The notes under the pieces: model-generated
Seen by the model: only the letters and a program-made list of their open reading frames with translations
Told to the model about the DNA's origin: nothing
Databases searched by the model: none
Assembly: GCF_018977255.1 (NCBI RefSeq)
Contig: NW_024704743.1
Coordinates: 48,796,001-48,860,000, forward strand
DNA length: 64,000 bases
Direction of reading: 5' to 3'
Origin: Callorhinchus milii
Lineage: Eukaryota
Position numbers and translations under genes: made by a program
Shown here: piece by piece, positions 38,216-51,130 of the stretch
Layout: each line of letters starts with the position of its first letter
Position numbering within the stretch: the first letter of the stretch is position 1

Positions 38216-39024
38216 GAAGGAGTTGGTTTAGTAGAGCCTTGATGAAGAGGGTTTCAGCAGCTTGAGGGGCAGAACTGGGTGATGTTGTGGAGGTGGGGAT
38301 AGCAGAGTGAGTCATAGCAAAGCACATGGGAACAGATCCTCAAAGCAACTTTAAATGTTATTTAATGATTATCTTTCCGATTTACTCTCTAAAGTATATC
38401 TTAAGCGATCTGGTACCTTATAGAATTGAATTTCTACCCGGTTGTCTTTTCAGATAAAATTTATGCTAAACATTAGAAAATTAGGAAAATAGGAGCTTTC
38501 ACCACCCAACACCTATCCACACACCAGCTTTGTCAAATTTGACATCATTTTGACTTATTTCAACTTCAAACTCCTTCAATCTGTCTAGGTTCATTTTTAG
38601 CAATCTTCATTTGCGTTTCTGAATCACTGGAACAGTTTGTATATTTATTGCAACATTCATTGCACTGTTCTGCTCCCTTTTTATGCCTTGTGGTTTGAAG
38701 ATATTGCTGGGATTTGTTCCCACTCTAATCATGGTTGCACTTTCCGCTCAAACTATTTTCAACCCAAAAGCGAATGGTGAGAAACAAATTATTCTTCATT
38801 AGAGGTCGAAATTCATGTGTGGTTCCAGGGGAAAAATTATTTTACCCTGAATATGAAATTAGCGTGGGTGACTGCCCACACAATACAATCACAACACTTT
38901 ACAGTATATCCTGTGACTTACTCCCAATGGCCCTGTATCAAAAGTAAGGAATATTATTATTACTATTATTATTATATTTTACAAGAGGAGATTTAGAAGT
39001 GAGAAGAATTTCAAAGATTTATAC

Positions 39025-39605
39025 CAGCAACAACAAAATTACATTTGTAGAGTGTCTTTCACGTCAGGAGGACGTCCCAAGGTGATGGACAGTCAGTCTT
39101 TCGGACGCGAGCTGGGGGTCAAGATTGGGGAGGGTGGAGGGCAGTGGGGGAAGGAGGATGATCAAAAGCACGGTCAAAGAGGAGGGTCTTGAAATGGGTC
39201 TTGAAGGAGGCAAGCGGGGGGGGGGGGGGGGGCGAGGCTGAGGGTCTGTGGGATGGAGTTCCAAAGAGTGGGGGCAAAGTGGCAGAAAGCCCGCCCGCCA
39301 ATGGTGGGATGGGCGAGGCAGGGGCGTGAAGCAGGCCGGAGCTGCTGAGCAGAAGACCAGGATCTTGAACTGTGTCCTCTGTGTGATGGAAAGCCAGTGG
39401 ACTCGGGTGAGGATGAGGGTGATAGGGTCACAGAGCCTGGCGCAGGAGAGGACATGGTCTGCAGAGTTCTGGATGATCTGCAGCCTATGGAGGAAGGAGT
39501 TAGGGAGGCCGCCAAGCAAGGAGTTTGCATAGTCGAGCCTGGACATTATGAATGCATGTATGAGGGTTTCAGCGGCCTGCGGTGTGAGACAGTGATGGAG
39601 CCGGG
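39025..39605 (-). mobile_element. L2 LINE 3' fragment
   Basis: RLHHCLTPQAAETLIHAFIMSRLDYANSLL..LQIIQNSA..HWLSI..FKIL; tail caacaacaaaattacatttgtagagtg. Confidence 0.9.
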
Positions 39606-39730
39606 GTGAACATGGCAGCCAAATTGCACAGAGCAATGTCCCACAAACAGTCATGAAGTGAATGATCAATTTTATTTGAGGGGGATTGTTGGCCACGATA
39701 CTGGGAGAAACTTCCTCCTCTTTTCGAATT
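39606..39730 (-). mobile_element. Deu-SINE fragment directly fused to the 5' end of the L2 fragment
   Basis: ggcagccaaattgcacagagcaatgtcccacaaacag..ttggccacgatactgggagaa. Confidence 0.7.
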
Positions 39731-39820
39731 AAGCATGAGTAAGAGCAGTTAAGTTATAATTCTGACATCAAATGATTTGTCTTTTAACTAATAAAAACAA
39801 ATCAACTTTGTGGAGTCTTT

Positions 39821-40162
39821 GTGGAGTCCTGTAGCTCAGTGGTTGTAGCACTCGCCTCGCAAGCGAGAGACCTGGGTTTGATTCCCGGGCTGGGCGAAAT
39901 GTTGGGCAAGTTTCCTTACTCCACACGCCTCTGTGTACCATGCAATAAATAGGAACCCGGTCACCAGTTGATTGGCGGATCACGTTTCTGGGGGTATCAA
40001 TTCCTTCAAACCATGACTGTTTGTGGGACATTGATGTGTCCAATTGGCTGCTGCTCTTTGCCCAGAAAATATAGTCAATTCACTTTCTGTGAAGCGCTTT
40101 GAGAAGCCTCGAAGACATGATAAGGAGCTATATCAAATGCAAGGATTATTACTATTATTATT
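39821..40162 (+). mobile_element. tRNA-Deu SINE, variant with an extended central block
   Basis: Head gtggagtcctgtagctcagtgg..ggtttgattccc. After ccacacgcct it carries ctgtgtaccatgcaataaataggaacccgg..., which is absent from sibling copies. Confidence 0.9.
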
Positions 40163-41007
40163 CTATAATAAAATAAATTACAACACAGAGACAATTCGAG
40201 CCTATGCTGGTGCTAGCTCTTCCACTAGAGCTAACTCCCTTCATTGTTCTTTCCCTGTACTCTTGTATTGCTTTCCTATGCTTTTCTTTTTATGAAGTGT
40301 CCCAAGGGATATTTTAATCCCATAAAATCCTCCTTACAAAGTGTTAGTTTTGTGAGCTGTGACAGGAATAAACGGACAATTCCCAATGTGTTTTTTTTAG
40401 TATGTGTATTTATGCCCTTCTTGCACTGTTTGTATGTGGTAATCCTGTGAAATGGTGTTATTATGTGGTGAAAATTGCAATATTTCTTAACAGATTCAAA
40501 CATCACAATTTTCACCCCCATTGTTTATGTGGACAGATGTTAAAATAGACACTTGTTTTACATCTGCTCGTGTTTGTGTGAATCCTCTCGGGAATGGAAC
40601 ACAGCTTTCCAAAGCCCTGTGCATTGAATTACCATCAAATGCTAATGATCTGCAGAGTTTAGTTTAGGGAATCTGTGAGTTCCATTTATTTCTCTTTATC
40701 CAGCTACAGGCAACTGTGTTAGAACCAATCCCACCCACCAGCCTAACTGGCAGAGTTCATGCTGGGCTTTTCACAAGATCACAAGGTGGGTTTGGATAAG
40801 AAGGCCCTTCAGCCCATCTGATCTCAACCCTTGAGAACACCCACCCTACATCCTCCCACCACAGCATCATCGTTTTTTAAAAATGAATTCCATGTCCTGG
40901 CCTCAACCAGTTTTCCTGGCCACCTGTTCCAGTCGATAATCACCTATTATTCTTCCAACCGTCTTCCATGTCAAGACTGATCATCAGATATATACTAGCC
41001 TGTTTCT

Positions 41008-41337
41008 GTGGAGTCATGTAGCTCAGTGGTTAGAGCATCCGCCTTGCAAGTGAGACACCGGGTTCAATTCCAGGCAGGGCAAACTTCCTTGGGCAAGTTT
41101 CCTTACTCCACACGCCTAATAATAATCCCTCCAAAACAAAAANCAATAATAAATTGGTCATTTTCAATCTACGACTGTTTGTGGGACACTGTTGTGCGGA
41201 ATTGGCTGTCACGTTTCGCCCACAAATATACGGTCAGTTCACTTTACGGTCTATTCTGTGAAGCGCTTTGAGACATCGAGAAGACGTGAAAAGCGCTATA
41301 TCAAATGCAAGGATTATTATTATATTATTATATTATT
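41008..41337 (+). mobile_element. tRNA-Deu SINE (young family), full length
   Basis: A/B-box head with ttgcaag anticodon-like loop (tRNA-Ala-like), Deu block, L2-type tail and (att)n. Confidence 0.93.
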
Positions 41338-43007
41338 CTGCTGTCCCACTGCCCTGTTAATTTGCTGTCCTGTTCTTCTTGTACCCTATTACTCTGTTGC
41401 TGTTATTCTATTACTTTGCTATCCTTTACTGTGCTGCCAGGTTTTACTATTGCACTGTTACTCTGATATCATGTTGCTCGTCTGCCCTGGTTGAGAATGG
41501 TTTTGCTTGTTAGCTCAGGCCTACTGTACACCTGACATCTGGTGCTGACCAGCCAGCTTCCCACCATAACAGATACTATCCTGTGTCACTCTGTCTCAGT
41601 TGAGAGCACTCTCTCTTCTGCTTGTTCTGGTGGATGTTAAAGATCCCCTGGTACTGCTTCAAAAGAGAAGAGAGTTTCTCAAAAACACATACATTTCAGT
41701 GAGATTTTTATGTGTGCGTGTGTGTATACACGCATGTGTTTTGCTCCTTCCAGTCACTATAACTCTTTGTAACCTGAGAGTGAGGAGGGTTGCATCCTCC
41801 ACTTTGCTCAGATTACCACTCTGTCGCTGAGAAGCGCTTTGAGACAGTGAAAATTACTGGACTATATGAGCTGTTGCTGTTGTTGTTGAGATGATTCAGG
41901 AGGACGTTTTCTGTGCTTTATACTTAGGCCCAGGAAAGGGGATACATTCTGAGAATAAAAGAGGCAGCAAATGTTAATGAGATGGATGGCTCAGCACAAT
42001 GTTAAAAGCAGATCGAGTAATCTGCCCGATGCTCACTGCTGACAGGTTGTGTCTGTGCTCAGCCTAAAATTGCTTACTTTTGCAATGATTTACTGCAGGC
42101 AGTCAGACATTCTCCTGACAGGGAAAATGTTTATCTTCACTATGCAGACAGTTTGGAACGAGCTTTCTGTATGAAGAGTTTGGGTCAGCCTACGAGGAAA
42201 ATCTTAACATGGACTTGACTGGAGTTCTGGGATTTGGCAAAATATCTTTTTTAAAAAAAGCTAAAGTATTCTCAGAAAAAGCACAGAAGATGATGTCATA
42301 GCAGCTGCCGATTGCCTGACAGACAGTTTCCGTAGCGCAACATGAGGTCCTTTGGTCTTCATGTCAACCTGATTGACACATGAATGATACCAATGAGAAC
42401 CGATCTATGTAGCCTCTGGGAACGCCAGCGTCACTGATGGACAGAAAGCAAAGAGAAATAGTGTCTTTGAACCTGAAAAGAATTACTTTCCCCCCCACCC
42501 CCCCACCAAGCTCACGCCCCCACTCTGCAGCTTTTTTTCACTCTCTTTTTACGTGTTTTGTTCTGTGGGATTTATTGAGCTTAATGGAACTGAATGACTT
42601 TTTTTTCCACAATCTGTCAGTCAAGAGCACAACTTCGGGGCTTGTAAATGAAGTCCTTTCAGAGGCTGACAGAGGAGGAATGTGTCACTCATCCAACAGA
42701 GCCTGTTGTGTTTCAATATGCCACAGGGGTGATAGGGGATTGCAATTGGGCCTGGCTGGGGCACATTCCCAGTGGTGGTTAAAGAGGCCCTGACACATCC
42801 AGGTGGCAATATCAACATTAGGTCCATCACAAAGATTTTAAAGGTGCATGCTTCTGTGTCTGACAGGCCTCTGCATCTGACTGGCCTCTGTATCTGATGC
42901 ACTCATAGTTGCACCAGTTTCAGTTGCTGAGCTTCCCCTTTCTGAGTATTTAGAGAATTTAGGATTGAAACAATTATAAAATGTGTTAAACACACACACA
43001 CACATAC

Positions 43008-44060
43008 CACAACAACAACAAAATTACATTTGTTAGCGCCTTCCACATCGGGAGGATGTCCCAAGGTGCTAAATAGTCAGGGATCAGAACCCGAGTGTGG
43101 GAGGTCAGGGTTGGGATAGAGGAGAGCAGAGAGGTAGGAGGGCAGCTGAAGGCACTGTCGAAAAGGCACACACACATAACATGAATACTGAACTGAAAGG
43201 TTATTTTCTCCTTTCCTCTTCTGAAGCAATACTTGCATGAAATCTTACACGAAATCAACTTGAATCTTTTTATTGTACAGAATACTGGTGGAAAGTTCCT
43301 AACTGGATGGGATGAAGCCTGAGCACAGTTATTGCAGTTTAGGATGACAATAATTGCATTTATAAAACGAACCTTGTGTAGAATAATGCCTTGAAGCACA
43401 GGATCAAATGCCGAGCAAGGTAGAAGGGAGAGGGGGAGGGGGGAAGGGAGAGTTGAGCACAGGCACAGCCAAAAAGGTTGGTCTTAAGATAAGATTTAAG
43501 CAGTGGATGAGGTGGAGGGGTGGAGGGAAGGAGTTCCAGAAGTTAGGAACTCCTTTCCGGACACTGATCTGGAATTCCCAAAGGTTCTTTTGCTTACAAG
43601 ATGATCTATATTTGAGCAACATCAGTACATCAACAAAAACAACATCAAATTGCATTTAGATAGCGCCCTTCACGCAGGATAATGTCTTGGAGCGCTGCAT
43701 ATTGTCATGGTTGGACCTCAAGCAAGAGAGAAGGGGGAGGGGAGGTGATCATATATGCAGTCGAAGAGATAGGTCTTAAGGTAATCCCATGAACATGAGA
43801 GGTGCTACACAACAACAACTTGCATTTATATAGCACCCTTCGCATGGGGTAGCGTCTTGGAGTCTACCAAATGTAAGGATTGTTTTATCTTTAACGTTTA
43901 TCTACTACGCTTTACAGTACAATTTATATTTATACAGGACCTTTCATTTCGGGAGGATGTCCTAAGATACTTGACAGTCCTGGATTGGCTCCTGAGCTGA
44001 GGAGATAGCCAAGGAGGGTAGGGAGGGAAAGATGACCGAAGGTATGGTCAAAGGGGAACA
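43008..44060 (-). mobile_element. Cluster of about five short L2 3' fragments
   Basis: L2 3' fragments start at ~43008, ~43405, ~43635, ~43810 and ~43920; four begin with an aac/aat-rich tail then cattt/tattt..gcgcc/gcacc/ggacc-ttc-like motifs. Confidence 0.75.
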
Positions 44061-46669
44061 TGGTAGGTGGGCAGGGGAGGCGACGTAATTTTAAGCAATA
44101 TTTATGAGCTGGCTATCATTCTAAATTTACTAAAACATTTCTAAGCAACTCTCAGCGACCTTTCTTAATTGTTTTAGTTAGCGTGATAACAGCTTTGACC
44201 TCGTTTTTACAGCACACTTAAACTGATGGGTTTTTACCTATTTATTAAATTGAGCTTCTAAGATTGTAATTTTGCATTGCAGGATCAATTCATTTATTTC
44301 ATTCAAATGTTTGTCAGTCCTTTTTTAAAAACAATTGTGAGTAATAATAGTAGAATATATTTATTTTATAATGGAACAAAACATCTGGGGTTTGTTGGTG
44401 GCCTTTGACTGCCAACTCGGCAACTTGTGGAAACCCCACTGTGCTGCTGGTAACTGCAACATGAAAGAAAACAAACACTTTTTGCACTCTGCACGTTTTG
44501 AAATAAATTGGTTGCTCGGAGTATTGTACGCATCATTTGGAACATGATCTGTGAGAAACAAAGCAAACTGTACTGTTTTCTTCAGTAACTTTTAAGTGAA
44601 TTGTCAGCACTGAAGCTGAGCTTTTGCTCAGCGTATCTGACCATTTTAGACAATGGCACCTCTTGGAGACAAATGCAGATTCAGCCTAAGTGCAATGTTT
44701 CTGCTTTTACCGAATTTTATTTTCTACAAAGTCAGTGACATTTTTTTTCCTCATTCAATTTCATCAGGAGTTTATACGTGCATATTTTAGAATAACTTCA
44801 GTTTTGTAACATTGGAGTCTATCATACAATATTCACTAAAATTAGGTATCTTTTTCATTGCATCTTTCTAATAGGAAATTATATTGATGTAATGCAAAAA
44901 AGTCACTATTTTTAGCAATTGGAATATACTGTAATAGATTCCTCCCTCAGTCCCATGGTAAGATTAACTTTCAGATGACCTTATATGAGAGATATATTTC
45001 CTGGTGAGCTAGATCATAAAATTGGGTGCCTGCAACAAAAGAAGTCAGAGCTTGTGAATGATGTCTTCTCTGCATGCAAACTATCTCCTTTATTAAATCC
45101 CTGGGACGAGAAATTCCTGAGACTCTTCTTCGATTGATGTGGTGTTTAAGACTTGCTCACCACATGGTGGCACTGCATTACATTAGAGTGGAACCTAAAT
45201 TCTGTTTTTTTGGCTCATGTTATTAATCTTTGCAGCTCTTACAGTGTGGGCCACCGTTCCAATGATGCTTGTTAACCCCCTCCTCTCACTCCCATATTGA
45301 TAATTCGTTGGGGCTGAATAAACTACACTGAAGACTTCAAGTATCCATGTGTTCTTGTGCAGCCTCCTTTACTCCTTTCTTGTCAGTTCTTGGATCAAGT
45401 ACCCTTTGCAAAGTCTGGCAATCATAGCCTGTTAGCATGTGAACAGTTGTTCCAGTTAGTCAAGCTTTTTATTTTTGATTCAAGAAATGACAGACTGAGA
45501 GCAAATGAAAAATACCTCAAAAGCATCAACATGGAAGCCTGATCTTTCAATTTATTCTCAGTGAATCACATGGATGTTTATCTCTCCAATAAACACAAAT
45601 AAACCAATCCTCACCATCTAACTTGAAGTATGCAGGAAATCTCTGCTTTGCCCTATTGTTAAACTGCTCTGTTTATATCTATACCCTTTGAAACGTTCTT
45701 TTCTGTAAACACACTCAGGATCATTTCCTGTGAGTTTGTGTTTGATTGGCAGGCATTTAACCATAATGCTGCCGAGAGCCATGTGCTTGCTTGTTTAAAT
45801 GGAGACAGCTTCCCTATATAGAGTGTATTTTACAGTGATTAATGATACATCACAGGAAATACTCAGCAACATATTCCAGACGTTGCAGAGATCTGATTTC
45901 TTAAAATATGAAATTTGCCATTTCCAGACCAGGTCAATTTTCCCCCTCTCTCAGGAAAAGGGACTGGCAATCACTGTTGATTCCTGCTTGTGCATTCTCC
46001 AAAAAGCTCTGTGAATGACACCCTTGTGATATGATATTTAGATACCAGTGAAGAACCTGAGATGGCTACTCTTGTTTCAATGCAATTTACAGTTCTTAAC
46101 TACACTCTGATATATGCAAAGTGGGCCAAGTTCTATCATTGCTCTTTACGGTGCATGTGGCTGGACATGCTGGAAATGATTTCACATGCGAATCACCAAG
46201 TATACCACACAGTGTGACATTAGTGCAGGAGACGCACATCCTCTAGGAATAACACAAAGCGAAAACAGGATCCTAGTCATGACATGTGCCAGTTTTCCAC
46301 TGAGTCCCAGCAATTGAAATGCAATCTCAATATATCAATCCACCAGGGCAGGTTTGTGGAGTTGGCCCAGTTATGTTGGATTAAGTGTAATTGGATCTTT
46401 TCAGTGGGACGGCTTTTCATTTGAAGCCTTTTACAGATGGTTTTGACAGTAAGCAGAATGGTGTGCATGCTTCGTGTGGTGCTAGACAATGGGGTGAAAT
46501 TTAAGGTGCTTTATAATTATTACAAGGGATTCATTATGAAACACTGCAAATTTCACCCAACACACAGCAGGAGGGAACTGATGTTACCAAATGCAAAATC
46601 TGCCTTACATGATCTTTCACAATGACATTTCACAATCCCGACAAGGCCTTTTACAATGATGTTCACAAT

Positions 46670-47245
46670 CAACAATTTACACTGATTTGGTACCGCTCAT
46701 GTAAGGAGAACGTCTCAAAGTACTTTACAAAGATGGATTGGGAGCTGGGATAGGAGGGAGATAGGGGACAGGGAATAGCGACCAAAGGCACAGACAAAGA
46801 GATAGATCTTAAAATGGATTTTGAAAGAGGAGAGGGGAAGAGGTGTGTGAGGTGGAAGGACTTTGGAAGAGAGCTTTAGAGCGAAAGGGTAAAGTGGCTG
46901 AAAGTGCCAATGATCAGATGGAAATAGCAGTGGCATGAAGCAGGCCAGAATTGGAGGAGTGCAGGGAATGTCCAGGGAAGGAGGGTCAGAGGAGATCACA
47001 GAGGTAGAGTAGAGCATGGTCATAGATTCATTTGAAAATAAGGAGGAGGATCTTAAAGTTGATCATTGTGGAAAAGAGAACCACTGGAATTGGGCAAGGA
47101 TGGAATTGATGGAGCCATGGAGCCTAGTGTGGGCTGCAGAGTTCTTGCAGATCTGGAGCTTGTGGAGAGTGGAGCTGGGGAAACCGATAAGCAGGGCATT
47201 GAAGAAATGAGGCTCAAGGTGAGAAACGCTCAGATGAGGGATTCA
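46670..47245 (-). mobile_element. L2 LINE 3' fragment, old
   Basis: Reverse of SSFKIHFKIYLF, ctttaagatcctcctc (FKILL), ctccagatctgcaagaactctgcagcc (LQI.KNSAA). Confidence 0.8.
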
Positions 47246-49175
47246 CTTGTTAACCGTAACTATGCACACAGGTTATTACTTCAATGCAAGTGCAAAGTCC
47301 ACTTGACTTGTCGGGTTAGCCATTAACAAACGGGAATACGGTCCTCAGATATTAATGGGCCATGGCTCACGCAGTGGACACATTTTTTCAGGGCATTGCA
47401 GGGCAGGGAGTAAAGTAACACTACGTACCCACTCTAGCAGGAGAAAATGGTGCTCAATAGTTACTATTAAAAGGTGCTTATGAGAGCTCATTATTATGCT
47501 TTGAATGGTGATACAGCACAAGCATCCCCCCTGATTGTCATGATAATTGTGATTCCATCTATATTTGAAGACCATCGGAATAAGTGGCACATTACTTATG
47601 TGATTTTAGCTGGTTAGACTCCAGCAGTACCTCAACGCACACTCTGGGGTCCCCGAGCCTTTGCTCTTGCCAACCTGCGCCTAATACTTTCTGGAATTAG
47701 GTAAGAGGAATACATTCCCCCAGGGAGAGTGCGCATACCATTCCAACAATCTATCTCTGGGATTTTCATGTATAGGTGGGATTTATGGAAATCTCAACTT
47801 GGTTTGGATACTCTCAAGCATGTGTCAGACACCCGCCTGACCAAAAAAAATTTGCTGTGCAAAATGGCTGCTGTGTTTGTTTACATAAACAATCAGTACA
47901 CTGGACCGTAATTACCGTAAATCGCTTTGAGACATTCCCATATGAGGCACCATAAAAACGCAAGTTTTTTCATTTTTCTATGTTTATGTAAAGAAAACCA
48001 AAATGTTTGAAAAACAAAAAGTTAAAAATGTTAAATCCTTTGATAGGGTGTTCAATGGACAACTGGATTATCTGGTTGCTGCCTTTTTAAATCAAGGAGA
48101 GTTTGAATGAATTACCGACAGATGACACCAAAGGTTGACAAAGTTGTCCTCATTCTGAGAGAACAATGCACACAGGAATACTGTAATGGAAAAGATAGGG
48201 CCCCCTCCTTCTGCTGAGACAAATGTGTAACATCATATATCGCCCCTGGCTCAACAGTACTGATCTCAGAGCAAGTTACTCATGAGAACCTCATAGTCAC
48301 AGTCTGTTATTTTTTATATAAAATGTCCTGTTTATTATTTTTCTAAACACCGACTACAACATTTTATATGAAAACATTGCAACAGCGAAAAAAAAACATT
48401 CAGGATGTTATGAAAATATTATTACCTTCTATGGAGTTTTTAGCACTTCGGTCTTCTGTGGGAGGACCTCACTGCTCCCTTGTTCCACCCTCTGAGTATT
48501 GCCATGTATGGCATTTTAAGACTATTCAGATTGTTGCTTAACAGTTTCCAGGACCATGCAAGGTTAGACATGCTTTTTCAGTGGTGGGGGCTTGCAATCC
48601 TAACCCCAGCTGAATTGAACCATAGTATAGGCTCCTATGGGACTTATGCTGGCCAATTTTCCAGAAACTGCTTGAATTAGCTTACAATATTTACACTGGG
48701 CAAAGGGTTCGAGCAGAGAGCTCAATTACCAAAAGGTCACATCGCCAGATCTATGCAATCTAGATGTCACCCACAGTCAGGAAAATAATAAAACAATCAG
48801 TTTTCTCCTTTAACATTTGCTGCTTGTAAAATGATGAAGACATTACTTAACATCAATTTGAGAACAAAAGAAGCATTTTATTTCCAAATATGGATAGGAA
48901 GCCCAGGCTTGATACTGTTCACCCAGATGAATTCTGCAGTATAAAGTGCTGCACGGGGAAGAATTCTCAGCTTTTAGCTTGCGTTACATCCAGCAAACAG
49001 ACAGGTTACCCACAACATGTTTTACAATTGTAACTTCATAACATTTACCTCTCTAAATATAAAGTAAGCTCTCTCTTGTAAGACATTCACTGAGTAGTAT
49101 AAAGATCACAAATGTAAATCCTTTCAACTATTATTATATTGTCATTGTCAAGATTTCAGAAGCCCACTCAAGTTT

Positions 49176-49795
49176 GGGGAGAATTTCCACCTGGGTCTAG
49201 ATTTACTCTATTAATATAGCATTTTAGAGTGCCCAGAACTTGCCAAATTCATAAATCTTGCCTTAATTTTGAAGCCGGTTTTCTGTAAGTTATTATAAGC
49301 ACTATTGAAAAACGGCTTCAAATTTAAGACTGAATTCAATAACAGTAATCCTTACATTTGATATAGCGGCTTATCACGTTGTCAAAACGTCTCAAATCAT
49401 ATCACAGGATCTTACTGTAAGCTGTCGTGTGTGTATTTGTCATTGAACAAAGCAGTTATTTTTCACAAGCAATGTATGAAGCACAAACAACTGTGAAATG
49501 AATCATCAATTTTATCAGGGCATTGTTGGCAAGGACACCGGGTGAACCCTGCTTTTCATTCGAATAGTCCTATGGGGATCTTTAACATCCATCTGAGCAG
49601 CTAGGCAGGACCTTGATTTTAATCATCTGATCTGAAGATTGGCACCACGAACAATGCAGCATTCCCTTAGCACTACATCAGATTGTTAGTTTAGACTTTG
49701 AGCTTGAAATCCTGACATAGAACTTGAACCTCGACCTTCTGACTCAGAGAGTGCTGCCAATTGAGCCAGGCTGAAAATCCAGGTGGAATTCTCCC
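49176..49795. mobile_element. Palindromic MITE-like copy split by a SINE insertion
   Basis: Left TIR ggggagaatttccacctggg (49176); inner hairpin ttaattttgaagccggttttc / gaaaaacggcttcaaatttaa; right TIR remnant ccaggtggaattctccc at 49779-49795, beyond the SINE. Confidence 0.7.
49340..49776 (-). mobile_element. Older tRNA-Deu SINE (SacSINE1-like), full length
   Basis: Tail aatccttacatttgatatagcg through body ggggatctttaacatccatctgag to head cttgaacc..ccttctgactcagagagtgctgccaattgagcc. Confidence 0.85.
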
Positions 49796-50797
49796 GGGTG
49801 GGAGGGGAACCTGACGGAAATATTACAGCCCCTTTGTTATTTACTCTGGTGATCAACTTCACTTGATTTAAAGGTAAAGTCATTATGTCAGGATCATGAC
49901 TTCAGTGAACATGTCATTACGGGCAGTGCTTGGGATTGTCTTAGCCCCTGATCACCATGTGGGAAAAATAGTGGAAAGAACACACAAAGAAAACATTTCC
50001 ACCAAGCTTGCAATTTCTTACAAGGAAATGATTGAAATGATGGAGATCCGAGACCAAGATGCTCCAAGCCCAACAATGTGCAATGACATGCTCACTGAGC
50101 TACAGATTCTGATGTAATCGCTTTATGTTTCAAGTGACAATCTTGCAGTTGATCACCAGGAGTTAGCACTGTCACTGCAGCATTTACTTGATGCAATGAT
50201 TCCCCTCTCCTCTGTTTCTTTATAAGACTAAGACAGAGGGAGTTTCCCTCTGCAAGCAAGTATAATGTCTAAACTCTCTCCTGTGCATTATAGATCAAAT
50301 GGCAAAAGTAGGCACAACTCAGGGTTCCGACATTGGTTAGAAAGCTTCACTCCTGTCCTCAATAGCGTCATTGGAACCCTTCAAGGGATTACTGCGTGGG
50401 TATCTGTGATTCTTTATGCTTAAGTTGTTTTATAGGCAATATGCACCACCTGGCAATCAGCTACACTTTTTCTTTAAAGACGCCCTCTAAAAGTGAAGTG
50501 TTTTAGTTGATAGCTCATTGCTGGGTGTGTAAGTTTGGGGCAATCTTCACTTTATCTAACTTTATATTAGTGTATTTTCCCTCAATCAATCACTAGGAAG
50601 GAAGTTCTGCTTTAACACAGCTCGGTTTAGCTTTTTTTTGAAATCTTAATCAAAGACCTTAGTCCTTGCTGAAATCTTTAGTAGAATGAACAATACTGAA
50701 CAACTTTCTCACATGGACACCTTGCTCACATCTAGGCTATACCAACCAAAACAATAAACACAACACACAATTTTAAAAAAGCATTAACTTGATTTAG

Positions 50798-51130
50798 ATG
50801 TCAGCCTGGCTCATTTGGTAGCACTTTCACCTCTTGAGTAACAAGGTTGTTAGATTAAGTTCAGCAAAAGGGACCTTGGAGCTCATGGTCTAGGCTGATC
50901 AAAGGTGCTGTTCTTCAGATGAAAAGTTAAAGAATCTATGACACTTTTTGAAAAGCAAAAGGAGTTTCTCCCAATGTCCTGGGCAAAATCCTCTGATTAA
51001 ATTGGTCATACACCACCTCGCTGTTTGCAGGGCATTGTATTTGACTTCAAATAGACAGTCACAACTCTTTACAGACAACTCTTTGACACACTTTGAGACG
51101 TTTAGACATGATAAGACGCTATTTCAAATA
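50798..51130 (+). mobile_element. Older tRNA-Deu SINE (SacSINE1-like)
   Basis: tgtcagcctggctcatttggtagcactttcacctc head, ctaggctga, Deu remnant, tail ctttgagacg..gataagacgctat. Confidence 0.75.

Noticed and set aside
41008..41075. tRNA-Ala-like sequence (also at 11445-11516, 35455-35525 and 39821-39890)
   Set aside because: These are SINE heads fused to Deu bodies and tails, with no proper acceptor stem; not tRNA genes.
45156..45176. CTCF-like site caccacatggtggcactg
   Set aside because: Mismatches at core positions; expected by chance in 64 kb.
49896..50117. 73-aa ORF with protein-like composition
   Set aside because: No motif recognised and no convincing splice sites; cannot be supported without a search.
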